This document shows positions 48,128-58,290 of a stretch of DNA of 64,000 nt, in pieces. The translations under genes and the position numbers were made by a program. Below the pieces are notes generated by a model. It had not been told where the DNA came from and ran no database searches. It was given only the letters and a program-made list of their open reading frames with translations. The stretch covers positions 1,440,001 to 1,504,000 of the forward strand of contig OZ244653.1 of NCBI GenBank assembly GCA_965218795.1, given 5' to 3'. Origin of the DNA: a bacterium (GTDB lineage Bacteria; UBA8248; JACPRG01; G963555815). How positions within the stretch are numbered: position 1 is the first letter of the stretch; every line of letters starts with the position of its first letter.

Positions 48128-48706
48128 TTATTTCAGAAGACGGGACATGAATTTGAACTCGTCGGTGCCCGCGACTCGCAGAACGTCGAAGACCACCGTT
48201 TCCGTCGACGTGATCACGGCGCCGGCTTTCTCCATCAGCCGCAACCCGGTTTCCCAGTTCTCCTTCGTTCTGGAGCAAACGGCATCCGCGGGGACGTGAA
48301 CGTTCCACCCCTGATCCAGCAGGTCGCTAACGGATTGAAAGACGCAGACATGGGTTTCGCATCCGGTTACTACAATCTCGCCGGGATCCGCATCTGGCAG
48401 CCAGTCTGCAATTCTCTCTCCGCCGCAGCAACTGAACGAAATCTTCTCCATCGGCTCAAAGTCCGGCATGGACTCGACAATTTCAGGGATCGTTCGTCCG
48501 AGCCCCTTGGGATATTGCTCTGTCGCGATGGCGCGAATCCCCATGCGCCCGGCGAGCGAGAGCAGGATACCGATGTTTTTGATCGTCCGCTCACGGGCCT
48601 CTTCGGGCATGGCGGTCATCAAACGTTCCTGCATATCGACGACCAACAGGATGGTCCCATCCGCCGCCACCCGAACCTGGGGGCTGCCGTGATCTTCATC
48701 GCTCAT
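48128..48706 (-). CDS. Isochorismatase-family cysteine hydrolase (YcaC-related)
   Basis: LLVVDMQERL, TEQYPKGLG.T, EKISFSC, GCETHVCVFQ, DAVCSR. Confidence 0.93.
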   Translation of the reverse strand: MSDEDHGSPQVRVAADGTILLVVDMQERLMTAMPEEARERTIKNIGILLSLAGRMGIRAIATEQYPKGLGRTIPEIVESMPDFEPMEKISFSCCGGERIADWLPDADPGEIVVTGCETHVCVFQSVSDLLDQGWNVHVPADAVCSRTKENWETGLRLMEKAGAVITSTETVVFDVLRVAGTDEFKFMSRLLK

Positions 48707-48938
48707 GGACGCTCCTGACCCTGGGTGTGCGGCCCGGTTCCCGGAGACGTTTCCACCGGAGAAGTTGCGGCGGATTCTAGCATAGGGACCCAAGGCTCTC
48801 AAGGACCCCCCGCTCAATGGGACTCGATTGACTTCAACGGAGGCACTCCCTAGGATAAAAAACCATTTCACGAGAAACCGCCCACTTGAGAATCCGGTGC
48901 CGGATTCAGCCCTTTTCGTTCTCGGAGGTAGTCAGGAC

Positions 48939-49934
48939 ATGGCCTCAGACCGTCCGAAGGTGGTGCTGACGGATTACGTATGGGAATCGTTGGAGCCGGA
49001 GGAAAAGCTCTTCGCCTCGCTGGGCGCCGACTTCATTGCCATTCAATGCAAAAGCCGGGAGGAGCTGCTGGACGCAGCCGCAGGGGCGCAGGTTCTGCTC
49101 AACACCTACTTCGCCCCGCTGGATCGCTCGCTATTCGAGACCCTTCCCGCGCTGAAGATGATCGCCCGGTACGGCATCGGGGTGGACACCATCGATCTCG
49201 AGGCAGCGACCGACCATGGGATCATCGTCACCAATAACCCCACGTATTGCCTGGACGAAGTCGCCGAGCATACGATGGCCCTGCTCCTCGCTTTGGCCCG
49301 CAGGGTAGCCGTCTACGACCGTGACGTGCGCCGCGGCGTCTGGGACGTGGAAGCGGCCAAACCCATCCGCCGAATCAGTGGAAAAACCTTGGGCTCGGTG
49401 GGTTTCGGCAATATCGCCAGGAAGGTGGCAAAACGGGCGCGGGGATTCGAGATGCGGGTTCTGTATTACGACCCGTTCGTCCCCGCGGAGGCGGGTGCGA
49501 AGGAAGGCGCGGAGTCCGTTTCGCTGGAAACGCTGCTGTCCGATTCAGATTTTGTGACCATCCATGCGCCCCTCATCCCGGAAACACGGCACATGATTGG
49601 TGAGGCCCAGCTCCGGATGATGAAACCGACCGCATTCCTTGTCAATTGCGCGAGGGGACCGCTCGTCGAAGACGCGGCCCTGGAGAAGGCCGTCTCAGAG
49701 GGATGGATCGCGGGGGCCGGTCTGGACGTTCTGGAGGCCGAGCCGCCTCTGTCCCCGGATCACCCTCTGCTGCATGCCTCCCAAAATATCGTTACGCCCC
49801 ATTCCGGCTGGTATTCGGAGGAATCGCTGGTCGGACTTCACGAAGGGGCCCCGGCCGAAGTGGCCCGCTTCCTCCAGGGCGAGCGCCCCGTCAACGTAGT
49901 CAACCCGAAGGTCCTTGAAAAGGTCGGCCTCTGA
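48939..49934 (+). CDS. D-isomer-specific 2-hydroxyacid dehydrogenase (CtBP-like)
   Basis: RYGIGVDTID, NPTYCLDEVAEH, GSVGFGNIA, HAPL, VNCARG, LDVLE.EP, TPHSGWYS. Confidence 0.94.
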   Translation: MASDRPKVVLTDYVWESLEPEEKLFASLGADFIAIQCKSREELLDAAAGAQVLLNTYFAPLDRSLFETLPALKMIARYGIGVDTIDLEAATDHGIIVTNNPTYCLDEVAEHTMALLLALARRVAVYDRDVRRGVWDVEAAKPIRRISGKTLGSVGFGNIARKVAKRARGFEMRVLYYDPFVPAEAGAKEGAESVSLETLLSDSDFVTIHAPLIPETRHMIGEAQLRMMKPTAFLVNCARGPLVEDAALEKAVSEGWIAGAGLDVLEAEPPLSPDHPLLHASQNIVTPHSGWYSEESLVGLHEGAPAEVARFLQGERPVNVVNPKVLEKVGL

Positions 49935-49970
49935 GCCGGTTGGGGTCGGCGCTGTTCAGGGAACGAGTGG

Positions 49971-50204
49971 TCAGTCGGCAACCACGCAGGTTAACGTCCG
50001 GCTGACCCCCTCCAGGCCGCGGATTTTCTCCATGAGCACCCGCCCCAATTGCGTCATGTCATCCGCTTCCACCACAACCACCGCATCGTGAGGACCTGTG
50101 ACCGGTTGAGCCGACACCACGCCCTGGACCTCGGCAATCTGATTCACCACGGCCGAGGGCTTCGTCCCTCCGATGTCAACGAGGATATAGGCCTGAATCA
50201 CCAT
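49971..50204 (-). CDS. Stand-alone Lrp/AsnC ligand-binding (RAM) domain protein
   Basis: AYILV..., GVVSAQPVTGPHDAVVVVEA, KIRGLEGVSRTLTC; no HTH. Confidence 0.9.
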   Translation of the reverse strand: MVIQAYILVDIGGTKPSAVVNQIAEVQGVVSAQPVTGPHDAVVVVEADDMTQLGRVLMEKIRGLEGVSRTLTCVVAD

Positions 50205-50572
50205 GAACTCCCTCTCCCGCCCGTCCCGCGGAAATCCGCCCGCGCCGGCTTCGGCATCCGATTCGCTTCAATAACCCCTATCTAATTCCCCGGGGGGCTT
50301 CAGACCAGGGGAACCGACACCCCGGCCGAGCGTTTACCCGCCGATTTCCGGAGTCGCCCTCACCTGATGACGGCTTCTGCAAGGATGATTCGCCATGGGT
50401 TCCTTATTCCCGTTGGACGACCCGCCGCAAAAAAGTTCCCGGGCGCCGTTCCGCATCATAAGACGCTGGAAGCAATTATAGTATAGAATCCCTTGAACAT
50501 TCTCCCTTGACACTCAGGCGGGAGAAGCGCATCCACTCGGAAAAACACGAAGACTGACGACCAGGTGAACCG

Positions 50573-53275
50573 ATGAAAGGACTTTGCCGAATGGCTTTGT
50601 ACGGGATGATCGCGGCCGGCGTGCCCGCGAATTCAGCAACCGCGGCGGGCGCGGAGCGCGGGTTGAACGTTACGCGGCACATCCTGGAAAACGGCCTGAC
50701 CGTGATCCTGGAAGAAAACCACGCTTCGCCGGTGGTCGCCTTCAATGTATGGGTCAAGGCGGGGAGCGGCGACGAGCGGGATGAGGAATCGGGCTTGGCG
50801 CACGTTCTGGAACATATGGTGTTCAAGGGAACCGAGCGCCGCAAGGTCGGACAAATCGCCCAGGAGATCGAAGGGGCCGGCGGGGACATCAACGCCTTTA
50901 CCTCCTTCGATCAGACCGTGTACCACATTGTCCTGGCAAGTCGATTCTTCGACACCGGCCTCGACATTGTGGCCGATGCCGTCCGGAACTCCGCTTTCGA
51001 CCCCGAAGAACTCGAGAAAGAGTTGGAAGTCGTCCTGGAGGAAGTGAGACGCGGCGAGGACATTCCCTCCCGCCGGTTGTCCCAGGCCCTGTTTGCTGAA
51101 GCCTACCGGACCCATCCGTATCGAAGACCCGTGATCGGGACGACCGCGACGATTCGAACCTTCAAGCGTCCGGACATCATGGATTTCTTCAGGAAATGGT
51201 ATCGGCCCGGCAATATGGCCCTCGTCGTGGCCGGTGACTTCCGGACGGAGGAAGCGCTCCCGAAGATTCGATCGGTCTTCGAGAGCTGGCCCGCCCGCTC
51301 CCTCCCGGAGAGGCCGCGGACGCCCGAGCCGGCGCAGGACCGGATGCGCGTCGTCCTGCTGAAGGACAATGTCCAGGAGGCGCACCTGAACATCGCTTTT
51401 CACATTTCCGATCTGAAGCACGAAGACACCTATACCCTGGATGTCCTTGCCCTCATCGCCGGGCAGGGAGAGAGCAGCAGGCTGTACCGGCGGGTGAAGG
51501 ATCAGGAGGGGCTCGTCCATACCGTCTATTCTTCTTCCTATACGCCGAAGGACCCGGGTCTGCTTGTTGCAGGAGCCGTTTTGGAGCCAGCGAAAGCGCC
51601 CGCTGCGATCGAAGCCATCCTTCGGGAGCTGTATGCGCTGAAGTCGGCGCCCCCCTCACCGCAGGAGTTGAAGAAAGCCAAACTCAACATCGAGGCGGAT
51701 TTCATCTTCCGGAAGGAAACTGTTCAGGGGCAGGCACAGGGTCTGGGATATTTCGAGACGGTGGCCGGCAATCTGGATTTCGAGCGGCATTATGTCGAAA
51801 AAATCCTGGCCCTGACATCACGGGACATCCAGAAGGCGGCCGAAAAATACTTTCGCCCGGAAAACCTGACCCTGGCCCTTCTGGTACCGAACGGAACGTC
51901 GGAAACAATGGATGCGACTGCGATCAGGAAAGCGGCCGAGGCGGCGGAGAGCGGTGGAACGAATTCAGTCGCCCAGGGGGATGGAAATCCCGATTCCGCC
52001 TCGGCTGTAGCGCCCCCCGGCGGCCGTGCGGGCGTTGAAGTCCATCGAGAAATCCTTCCTAACGGCGCTACGCTCATTGTCAAGGAGAATCCCGCGGTCC
52101 CGACCGTCGCGATCCGGGCCGTGTACCTGGGCGGAACCCGTTTCGAAACCGAAAAACAAAATGGAATCAACAACCTTATCGCCGACATGATGACGCGGGG
52201 GACCGAGCGCCTTGATGCGCCGGCGTTCGCCACCCGGGTCGATTCCATGGCGGCGAGCATTTCGGGCTCCTCGGGCCGAAACAGTCTGGGTGTGACGGCC
52301 GAAGGCCTTTCACGATTTTTTGATCCGCTGCTGGATTTGCTGGGCGAGGTGATCCATGAACCGGCCTTCGACCCGGAGGAGATCGAGAAGTCCAGGCAGG
52401 ACATCCTCGCGGAAATCAAACGCGAGTACGACAACCTCTCCCAATCCGCGTTCAAGCTGTTTTTCCGAAAGCTCTACGGGGCGCACCCATTTGCCCTGCC
52501 CGTGAACGGCACCTCCGAATCGGTGACCGGGTTGACGCGGGAGGATATGGTCTCCTACTATCGCGGGTTGGCCGTCCCGGATAATCTCGTGCTCACCGTG
52601 GTGGGCGATGTGCGAACCGATTACGTAGTCCGTCGCGTCCAAGAGGTATTCGGCCGACCCGCCGAAGGGAAGATCGCACTCCCCGATCCCCCCGATCCAT
52701 CCCCGCCGTCGGCTCCGATCAGGGAGGTCGTTCACCGCGATAAAAAGCAAGCCCATATCGCCTACGGCTTCCTCGGCACGACGCTGAAGGATTCGGACCG
52801 TTATCTTCTTGAAATCCTCAACGCGGTGCTGTCGGGCCAGGGGGGACGGCTGTTCCTCGAACTTCGGGACCGGCAGAGTCTGGCCTACGCGATCTCCTCC
52901 TTCCACTTTGAAAGTCTGGAACCCGGCGCTCTTGGCGTGTACATCGCCACCGCCCCGGATAAGGTGGAAACGGCCCTGGCCGGGATTCGGCGCGAGTTGG
53001 ATAAAATCCGCTCGACCCCCATCTCGGTGGAGGAATTGGAGAGGGCCAAGAAATATATCATCGGGGGATACGAGATCGACCTCCAGCGGAACGCCTCCCA
53101 GGCGGCCGATATGGGATTCAACGAGCGGTACGGGCTAGGATGGGACGAGTACAGGCGATTTCCGGAGCGCATCAGCGCCGTCACTCGTGAGGACGTCCTC
53201 CGTGTGGCTCAAAAGTACATCCGCCCGGATGCGCCCGTCATCGGCATGATCGCGCCCGAGACCAACGCCCCCTGA
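50573..53275 (+). CDS. M16 (pitrilysin/insulinase) zinc peptidase, fused two-half form
   Basis: LENGLTVIL, GLAHVLEHMVFKGT (HxxEH), NAFTSFD; second half LPNG..RLF.ELRDRQSLAY lacks HxxEH. Confidence 0.95.
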   Translation: MKGLCRMALYGMIAAGVPANSATAAGAERGLNVTRHILENGLTVILEENHASPVVAFNVWVKAGSGDERDEESGLAHVLEHMVFKGTERRKVGQIAQEIEGAGGDINAFTSFDQTVYHIVLASRFFDTGLDIVADAVRNSAFDPEELEKELEVVLEEVRRGEDIPSRRLSQALFAEAYRTHPYRRPVIGTTATIRTFKRPDIMDFFRKWYRPGNMALVVAGDFRTEEALPKIRSVFESWPARSLPERPRTPEPAQDRMRVVLLKDNVQEAHLNIAFHISDLKHEDTYTLDVLALIAGQGESSRLYRRVKDQEGLVHTVYSSSYTPKDPGLLVAGAVLEPAKAPAAIEAILRELYALKSAPPSPQELKKAKLNIEADFIFRKETVQGQAQGLGYFETVAGNLDFERHYVEKILALTSRDIQKAAEKYFRPENLTLALLVPNGTSETMDATAIRKAAEAAESGGTNSVAQGDGNPDSASAVAPPGGRAGVEVHREILPNGATLIVKENPAVPTVAIRAVYLGGTRFETEKQNGINNLIADMMTRGTERLDAPAFATRVDSMAASISGSSGRNSLGVTAEGLSRFFDPLLDLLGEVIHEPAFDPEEIEKSRQDILAEIKREYDNLSQSAFKLFFRKLYGAHPFALPVNGTSESVTGLTREDMVSYYRGLAVPDNLVLTVVGDVRTDYVVRRVQEVFGRPAEGKIALPDPPDPSPPSAPIREVVHRDKKQAHIAYGFLGTTLKDSDRYLLEILNAVLSGQGGRLFLELRDRQSLAYAISSFHFESLEPGALGVYIATAPDKVETALAGIRRELDKIRSTPISVEELERAKKYIIGGYEIDLQRNASQAADMGFNERYGLGWDEYRRFPERISAVTREDVLRVAQKYIRPDAPVIGMIAPETNAP

Positions 53276-53331
53276 GAACGCGGAGAAGCGGCGCCGGCCC
53301 AACGATGCGAACCGGGCCGCGGGACATCGCC

Positions 53332-53937
53332 ATGATCCTGATGATCGACAACTACGATTCGTTCACGTACAACCTCGTCCAGTACCTGGCCGAGATGGGC
53401 GGGGACGTCGCCGTGCGAAGGAACGACACGCTGTCGGTGGACGATGTGCGGGCGTTGAACCCGGAGCTCATCATGATATCGCCCGGGCCCGGAAGGCCGG
53501 AGAAGGCGGGCATCTGCGTGGATCTAATCCGGGAGATGAGAGGAAACATCCCAATCTTCGGAGTGTGTCTGGGGCATCAGGCCATCGGGCTCGCCTACGG
53601 CGCGCGCGTGGTTCAGGCTTCGAACATCATGCACGGCAAGACCTCTGAGATACGCCACGACGGCAGCGGTGCTTTCGCCGGTCTCCCGGACTCGTTTGTT
53701 GCAACCCGATATCACTCCCTGCTCGTGGACCCGGACAGCCTGCCGCCGGATCTTCAGATTCACGCACGTACGGATCAGGGGGAAATCATGGGGATGCGAA
53801 CCGAAGACGGGATGGTGGAAGGGGTCCAGTTTCATCCGGAGTCTATCCTGACGGCGGAAGGTAAACACTTGCTGAAAAACGTCTTGACCCGGATGGGGGG
53901 ATCTATCGAATCGGCGGATCGCGGGCCGGCTGTCTGA
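53332..53937 (+). CDS. trpG: Anthranilate/aminodeoxychorismate synthase glutamine amidotransferase subunit
   Basis: MIDNYDSFTYN, SPGPG, GVCLGHQ, HGKTS, RYHSL, QFHPES; near trpD-trpC (could also serve as PabA). Confidence 0.93.
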   Translation: MILMIDNYDSFTYNLVQYLAEMGGDVAVRRNDTLSVDDVRALNPELIMISPGPGRPEKAGICVDLIREMRGNIPIFGVCLGHQAIGLAYGARVVQASNIMHGKTSEIRHDGSGAFAGLPDSFVATRYHSLLVDPDSLPPDLQIHARTDQGEIMGMRTEDGMVEGVQFHPESILTAEGKHLLKNVLTRMGGSIESADRGPAV

Positions 53938-54066
53938 GCGCCAGCCGGTGGGTGTGGAATCAACAGGATACTGCAAGAGCTGGTCCATGATGGACCGGCC
54001 TTGCAGTATCCGTAATTGAATGGACAGGCTGCCGGAGTCCGGACAGGGCGGCTGCCGGCGAGCCGG

Positions 54067-54348
54067 TCAACCCATTTGCGACCGCTTGGATGCCTTGAGC
54101 GGGTTGAGCTTATGCTCGGCGACGACCTTCTTGCGGTCCACGTGGGACGCGAAGTTGCATACGCCCATAGCCCATTTGCCGGCCGGACCCGGGTAGATCT
54201 GGCAGCAATTTCCCCCAGGGAATTCCACAGTAAACTTGCAACCTTCACATTCCGATACAATGTTGTAACATTCGCCCCCGTTGAAGGTACAGCCTGCGCC
54301 CACCATAAAGGAACAATCGACGCCTTCGCGAACTGTTGTGCAAATCAT
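54067..54348 (-). CDS. PxxKW-family cysteine-rich protein
   Basis: MICTTVREGVDCSFM..GCTFNGGEC..IV..CEGC..C..YP.PAGKW..G.CNFASH..KLNPLKASKR; AAGGA RBS. Confidence 0.85.
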   Translation of the reverse strand: MICTTVREGVDCSFMVGAGCTFNGGECYNIVSECEGCKFTVEFPGGNCCQIYPGPAGKWAMGVCNFASHVDRKKVVAEHKLNPLKASKRSQMG

Positions 54349-54481
54349 TTTCGTATCCTTTCCCAATCCATTTTCAGGGTCTCTGCCGGACCCGCCATTG
54401 CCAAAAAAAATCCCGCGCCGTTTGGAGCGTCGATGATGTCGTACCAAGGTGCACAACCAAACAGCGCGGAAAAACGAGCAA

Positions 54482-54509
54482 AACATATACCCGGAACAGC
54501 CTCTGTCAA
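54482..54509 (-). promoter_or_regulatory. sigma70 promoter of the PxxKW gene
   Basis: Minus strand TTGACA-N16-TATGTT. Confidence 0.45.
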
Positions 54510-54696
54510 GGTCAAATTCCAATTGGAGGGGGAAAAGTCACAAATCATTTGAATTTGAATCACGGCAGCGGGTCCAACCCGAGCTTATCGGGAAACTGGC
54601 GGAGGCAGTATTTGCTCACTAGGAAACGGTGTGTTAGTGAAATAGGCGAGCCGGGCCATGGAAACCCTTTTTCGGATTGCGCGGAGCGATTCCAAA

Positions 54697-55641
54697 ATGA
54701 AATGGCTGGATGGAAAAGGGAGGATCGGCGGCGTACTGAATATCTTTGATATGACGGTTCTTGTTCTGGTCGTCTGGCTGATTGCCTATTATTCCTTCCT
54801 TGCGCCCGAGTTACTCCCGCCCGATCAGGATGCAATCGCCGATACCCGACCGACTGCGGATGAGAAGGAGGCCAAAGGGTCGCAAGGTATCGTTACGGAC
54901 GTTCAGTTCGTGTTCCCTGATCTCGAATTGCAGGTCGTCCACCGGATCAAGGCCGGTCTGAAAGACACCAGCCATCCGGGCACGACCGCTGAAATTACGG
55001 AGGTGCTCGCGGTCGACAAGGCGGTCAAGATCGTGGAATTCGGCAGGGGACTACTGTTGACGCAAGCACCTGGAGACAAATGGCAGGTTCGCGTCCGGAT
55101 GAAGATTAGGGGACTCAGAAGGGGAAAGACATTCTATTACAAATCAAAGCCTCTGGTTCGGGAGAGCTCCTATACGTTCGTCACCCCCGAGATGACACTC
55201 GTCGGAGAAGCCCTTCGGCTGGATGACAGGTTTGCGAAGAGGTTCATGCCTTTGAGAAAGCGCCTCCAATTTCGGGGCCACAGCTGGATTGTGGATAAGC
55301 GTCTGGCGGAGATGGTGAAGGTAGGGGATCCCGCATCACCCCTGGGCAGCATCCAGACGCGGTTATTGCGAGTTGAAATCAAGAAGATCCTGAGCAACCG
55401 CGAGGTTCATCCAATGGAGATTGACGTCGGCGGGGGGGGGTGGTCCTGGGACGTCTCCTTCCATCGATTGGAACTCATCCTGGAATGCGTTTGCGCTTAC
55501 GACGACGAAAAAGGCTATTATTATGGCAGGCAGAAAATTCGTGTGGGAGACGCCTTTATTTTCGAGTCCGGACTCTACCGGCTCCCACTTGTCATTCAAG
55601 CCATCGAAATTTTTCCGCCGAAGGTTCGACCTGCGGGTTAG
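54697..55641 (+). CDS. DUF4330-like membrane-anchored protein, probably two tandem domains
   Basis: N-terminus MKWLDGKGRIGGVLNIFDMTVLVLVVWL resembles DUF4330; repeated FYYKSKPL / YYYGRQKIRVG domain ends. Confidence 0.65.
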   Translation: MKWLDGKGRIGGVLNIFDMTVLVLVVWLIAYYSFLAPELLPPDQDAIADTRPTADEKEAKGSQGIVTDVQFVFPDLELQVVHRIKAGLKDTSHPGTTAEITEVLAVDKAVKIVEFGRGLLLTQAPGDKWQVRVRMKIRGLRRGKTFYYKSKPLVRESSYTFVTPEMTLVGEALRLDDRFAKRFMPLRKRLQFRGHSWIVDKRLAEMVKVGDPASPLGSIQTRLLRVEIKKILSNREVHPMEIDVGGGGWSWDVSFHRLELILECVCAYDDEKGYYYGRQKIRVGDAFIFESGLYRLPLVIQAIEIFPPKVRPAG

Positions 55642-55661
55642 GCTTGTGGGCAGAGAGATCC

Positions 55662-56699
55662 ATGATTAAGGAAGTTTTGACAAAAGTCGTGGAGGGGCGC
55701 GACCTCACCATAGATGAGGCCGAGAATGCCATGGACGAAATCATGTGCGGGCTGTGCACGCCGGCTCAGATATCCGCCTACATGACAGCCTTACGCATGA
55801 AAGGGGAAACGGCCGACGAGATCACGGGAAGCGCCCGGGCCATGAGGGCCAAGGCCACCCCGATTCATACGAAGCACGGGTTGGTGGTCGACACTGCGGG
55901 AACGGGCGGCGACGACGCTCACACCTTCAACATCTCCACCACGGCGGCGTTCGTCGCCGCCGGGGCCGGCGTTCCTATGGCCAAACACGGAAACCGGGCG
56001 GTCTCCAGCCATTGTGGCAGCGCCGACCTGCTGGCTGCGCTGGGCGTCAACATTGAAATCCCTCCCGAGGCGGTGGGTCAATGTCTGGACGAATGCGGCT
56101 TCGCGTTCCTGTTCGCCCCTGCGCTGCATGCCTCGATGAAGCACGCCGTCGGCCCCCGGAGGGAGATCGGACTGCGAAGCATCTTTAACGTTATGGGCCC
56201 CCTCACCAACCCGGCCGGCGCCCGGGGGCAGATCATCGGCGTCTACGACGGTGGCCTGACCGAGTTGATGGCCAACGTCCTCAACAATTTGGGAGTCTAC
56301 CGGGCCGTCGTGGTCCACGGGTCGGACGGGCTCGACGAAATCACACTCTCCGGACCGACCCGGGTCTCGGAGGTGCGGGACGGGAAGGTCACCACCACTG
56401 ACATCACCCCCGAGGACCTGAGAATCGACTCGCACCCTATCGACGCCTGCAGGGTTTCCTCTCTGGAGGACAACGTACGGACGACCCTCATGGTCTTGAA
56501 CGGACGGACGGGACCCGCCCGGGACATCGTCCTCCTCAACGCCGCCGCGGCCATCTATGTCGGGGGCAAGTCCGATTCCATCCGGGAAGCGGTCCCTCTG
56601 GCCATCCAGTCCATCGATTCCGGGGAAGCCCTCAAAAAGCTCGAAGACTTGAAAAGGTTTACCCAGATTCCCGACGACTCGGATGAGGAAACCTCCTGA
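55662..56699 (+). CDS. trpD: Anthranilate phosphoribosyltransferase
   Basis: KGET.DEI, DTAGTGGD..TFNIST, KHGNRAVSS.CGSAD, FNVMGPLTNP, GLDEI. Confidence 0.98.
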   Translation: MIKEVLTKVVEGRDLTIDEAENAMDEIMCGLCTPAQISAYMTALRMKGETADEITGSARAMRAKATPIHTKHGLVVDTAGTGGDDAHTFNISTTAAFVAAGAGVPMAKHGNRAVSSHCGSADLLAALGVNIEIPPEAVGQCLDECGFAFLFAPALHASMKHAVGPRREIGLRSIFNVMGPLTNPAGARGQIIGVYDGGLTELMANVLNNLGVYRAVVVHGSDGLDEITLSGPTRVSEVRDGKVTTTDITPEDLRIDSHPIDACRVSSLEDNVRTTLMVLNGRTGPARDIVLLNAAAAIYVGGKSDSIREAVPLAIQSIDSGEALKKLEDLKRFTQIPDDSDEETS

Positions 56700-57534
56700 T
56701 CCGGGAATGAGCCTCCCTGATTCCTCCCCGCGGCCCATGGACGGCCGAACCATCCTGGAAGAGATCGTGGACTCCGTCCGCGCGGAACTCGAACAGGAGA
56801 AGGATCGGGTCCCTATAGCGGAGATTCGGGGAAAGGCGCTGGACGCGACGCCTGCCCGAGACTTCAAAGGAGCGCTTGAGAGCCGCGGCGGAGACATCCG
56901 GATCATCGCCGAGGCGAAACGAGCGTCCCCTTCCGCCGGCCTGATCGCCGAATCCTATGACCCGGTCGCGCTGGCCCGCGCCTACGAAGCGGGCGGAGCC
57001 GCCGCCCTGTCCGTCTTGACGGAGCCTCGATACTTCCAGGGCGGCCTGGATCACCTCGCCGCGGTTCGAGAGGCCGTATCGATCCCTCTCCTCCGGAAGG
57101 ATTTCACCGTCGATCCCTATCAGGTATTCCAGGCCAGGGCGGCCGGGGCCGATGCGGTCCTGCTCATCGTCCGGTGCCTCGATGACGGGGAAATCCAGAC
57201 CCTGCAGGCGCTCGCCCATGATCTCGGGATGGCCGCGCTCGTGGAAGCGCATACCGGCGAGGAGGTGGAGCGGGCGGCGGCCTGCGGCGCGGCGATCATC
57301 GGAGTCAACAACAGGAATCTGGCCGATTTTCACACCGATACCGAAACCTCCCTCCACCTAATCTCTGGAATTCCAGAAGACTGCATCCAAGTGGCGGAAA
57401 GCGGAATCCATTCGCGTTCTGACATCGAGAATTTGCAGGCGGGAGGCTTCCGCTGCTTTCTCGTGGGTGAGGCCCTGATGCGCGCATCGGACGCTGCCGA
57501 GAAGCTTCGCGAGCTTCGCGGCGTTCAGCGTTGA
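56683..57534 (+). CDS. trpC: Indole-3-glycerol phosphate synthase
   Basis: IAEAKRASPS.G, LSVLTE..YFQG, LRKDF, GADAVLLI, GVNNRNL, AESGI, LVGEALM. Confidence 0.98.
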   Translation: MRKPPDPGMSLPDSSPRPMDGRTILEEIVDSVRAELEQEKDRVPIAEIRGKALDATPARDFKGALESRGGDIRIIAEAKRASPSAGLIAESYDPVALARAYEAGGAAALSVLTEPRYFQGGLDHLAAVREAVSIPLLRKDFTVDPYQVFQARAAGADAVLLIVRCLDDGEIQTLQALAHDLGMAALVEAHTGEEVERAAACGAAIIGVNNRNLADFHTDTETSLHLISGIPEDCIQVAESGIHSRSDIENLQAGGFRCFLVGEALMRASDAAEKLRELRGVQR

Positions 57535-57671
57535 GCTCCAACGAATGTCACAGGAATAAATTTCGACAATTCCGGTTCACGGAAATATGGAGGCGTTCTG
57601 ACTTCGGCCCCTTCGGATGGGGGCTCCCGCACAGGCCGAACGCCGCTTCCCAAAACAAGAGGAATGGAAAG

Positions 57672-58244
57672 ATGGTATTCAGAAAGGTTTGGGTGCTTGC
57701 CTTGGGCTTCTCCGTGGTCCTGGCGGCCCTGGGCGGATCCGCAACGGTCGCGCAGACGACCATTCAGAACGGGAAGAAGGTATCAGCGAACGCGCCGAAG
57801 CTGGTCCTCCTCAATGGACCGGAACGCATCATTCCCGGCTGGAGCCTGCCCGTCTATGTCTCGGTCAAAGCCGGAGAGTCGAACCTCAAGGAGATTGTCT
57901 GGAGCTTCGAGAGTCCACCCTATGGAGAGGCGGCCTTTGGCCATTACCGGATCAAGAAAGGCGAAGAGAGGGAGGTCACCGGGCAGTTCAGGGTGAGCAC
58001 CTTTGATGCCATCCGGCGCGGAACCCTTTCCAACTTTCATCACCTCTACGTCTATATCACGATCTGGGGCCGGGACGTGGACGAGCGAATCAGCGAAATG
58101 GGCGAGTTCACCCTGACCCTGGATCTCCAGGGGCCGGAGACCTTCCCGCCTCCGAATTCCAACATGGATTTTTCGAAGAGGCTCGGAACCATCGAAGGCC
58201 GGATCATTCCGCCCGTGAGCGACGGGAGCCGCATTTCGAACTGA
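57672..58244 (+). CDS. Hypothetical exported protein
   Basis: Clear signal peptide MVFRKVWVLALGFSVVLAALGGSATVA; beta-strand-rich mature part; followed by a terminator. Confidence 0.7.
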   Translation: MVFRKVWVLALGFSVVLAALGGSATVAQTTIQNGKKVSANAPKLVLLNGPERIIPGWSLPVYVSVKAGESNLKEIVWSFESPPYGEAAFGHYRIKKGEEREVTGQFRVSTFDAIRRGTLSNFHHLYVYITIWGRDVDERISEMGEFTLTLDLQGPETFPPPNSNMDFSKRLGTIEGRIIPPVSDGSRISN

Positions 58245-58290
58245 TCGAGAGCCTGCGGGTTTCAACGTCGTTCCGTTCGAGTCTGAATTC

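Noticed and set aside
50350-50385. Fluoride riboswitch-like CTGATGAC..TTCTGC
   Set aside because: The 5' GGNGATGG pseudoknot half is missing and no fluoride-related gene follows
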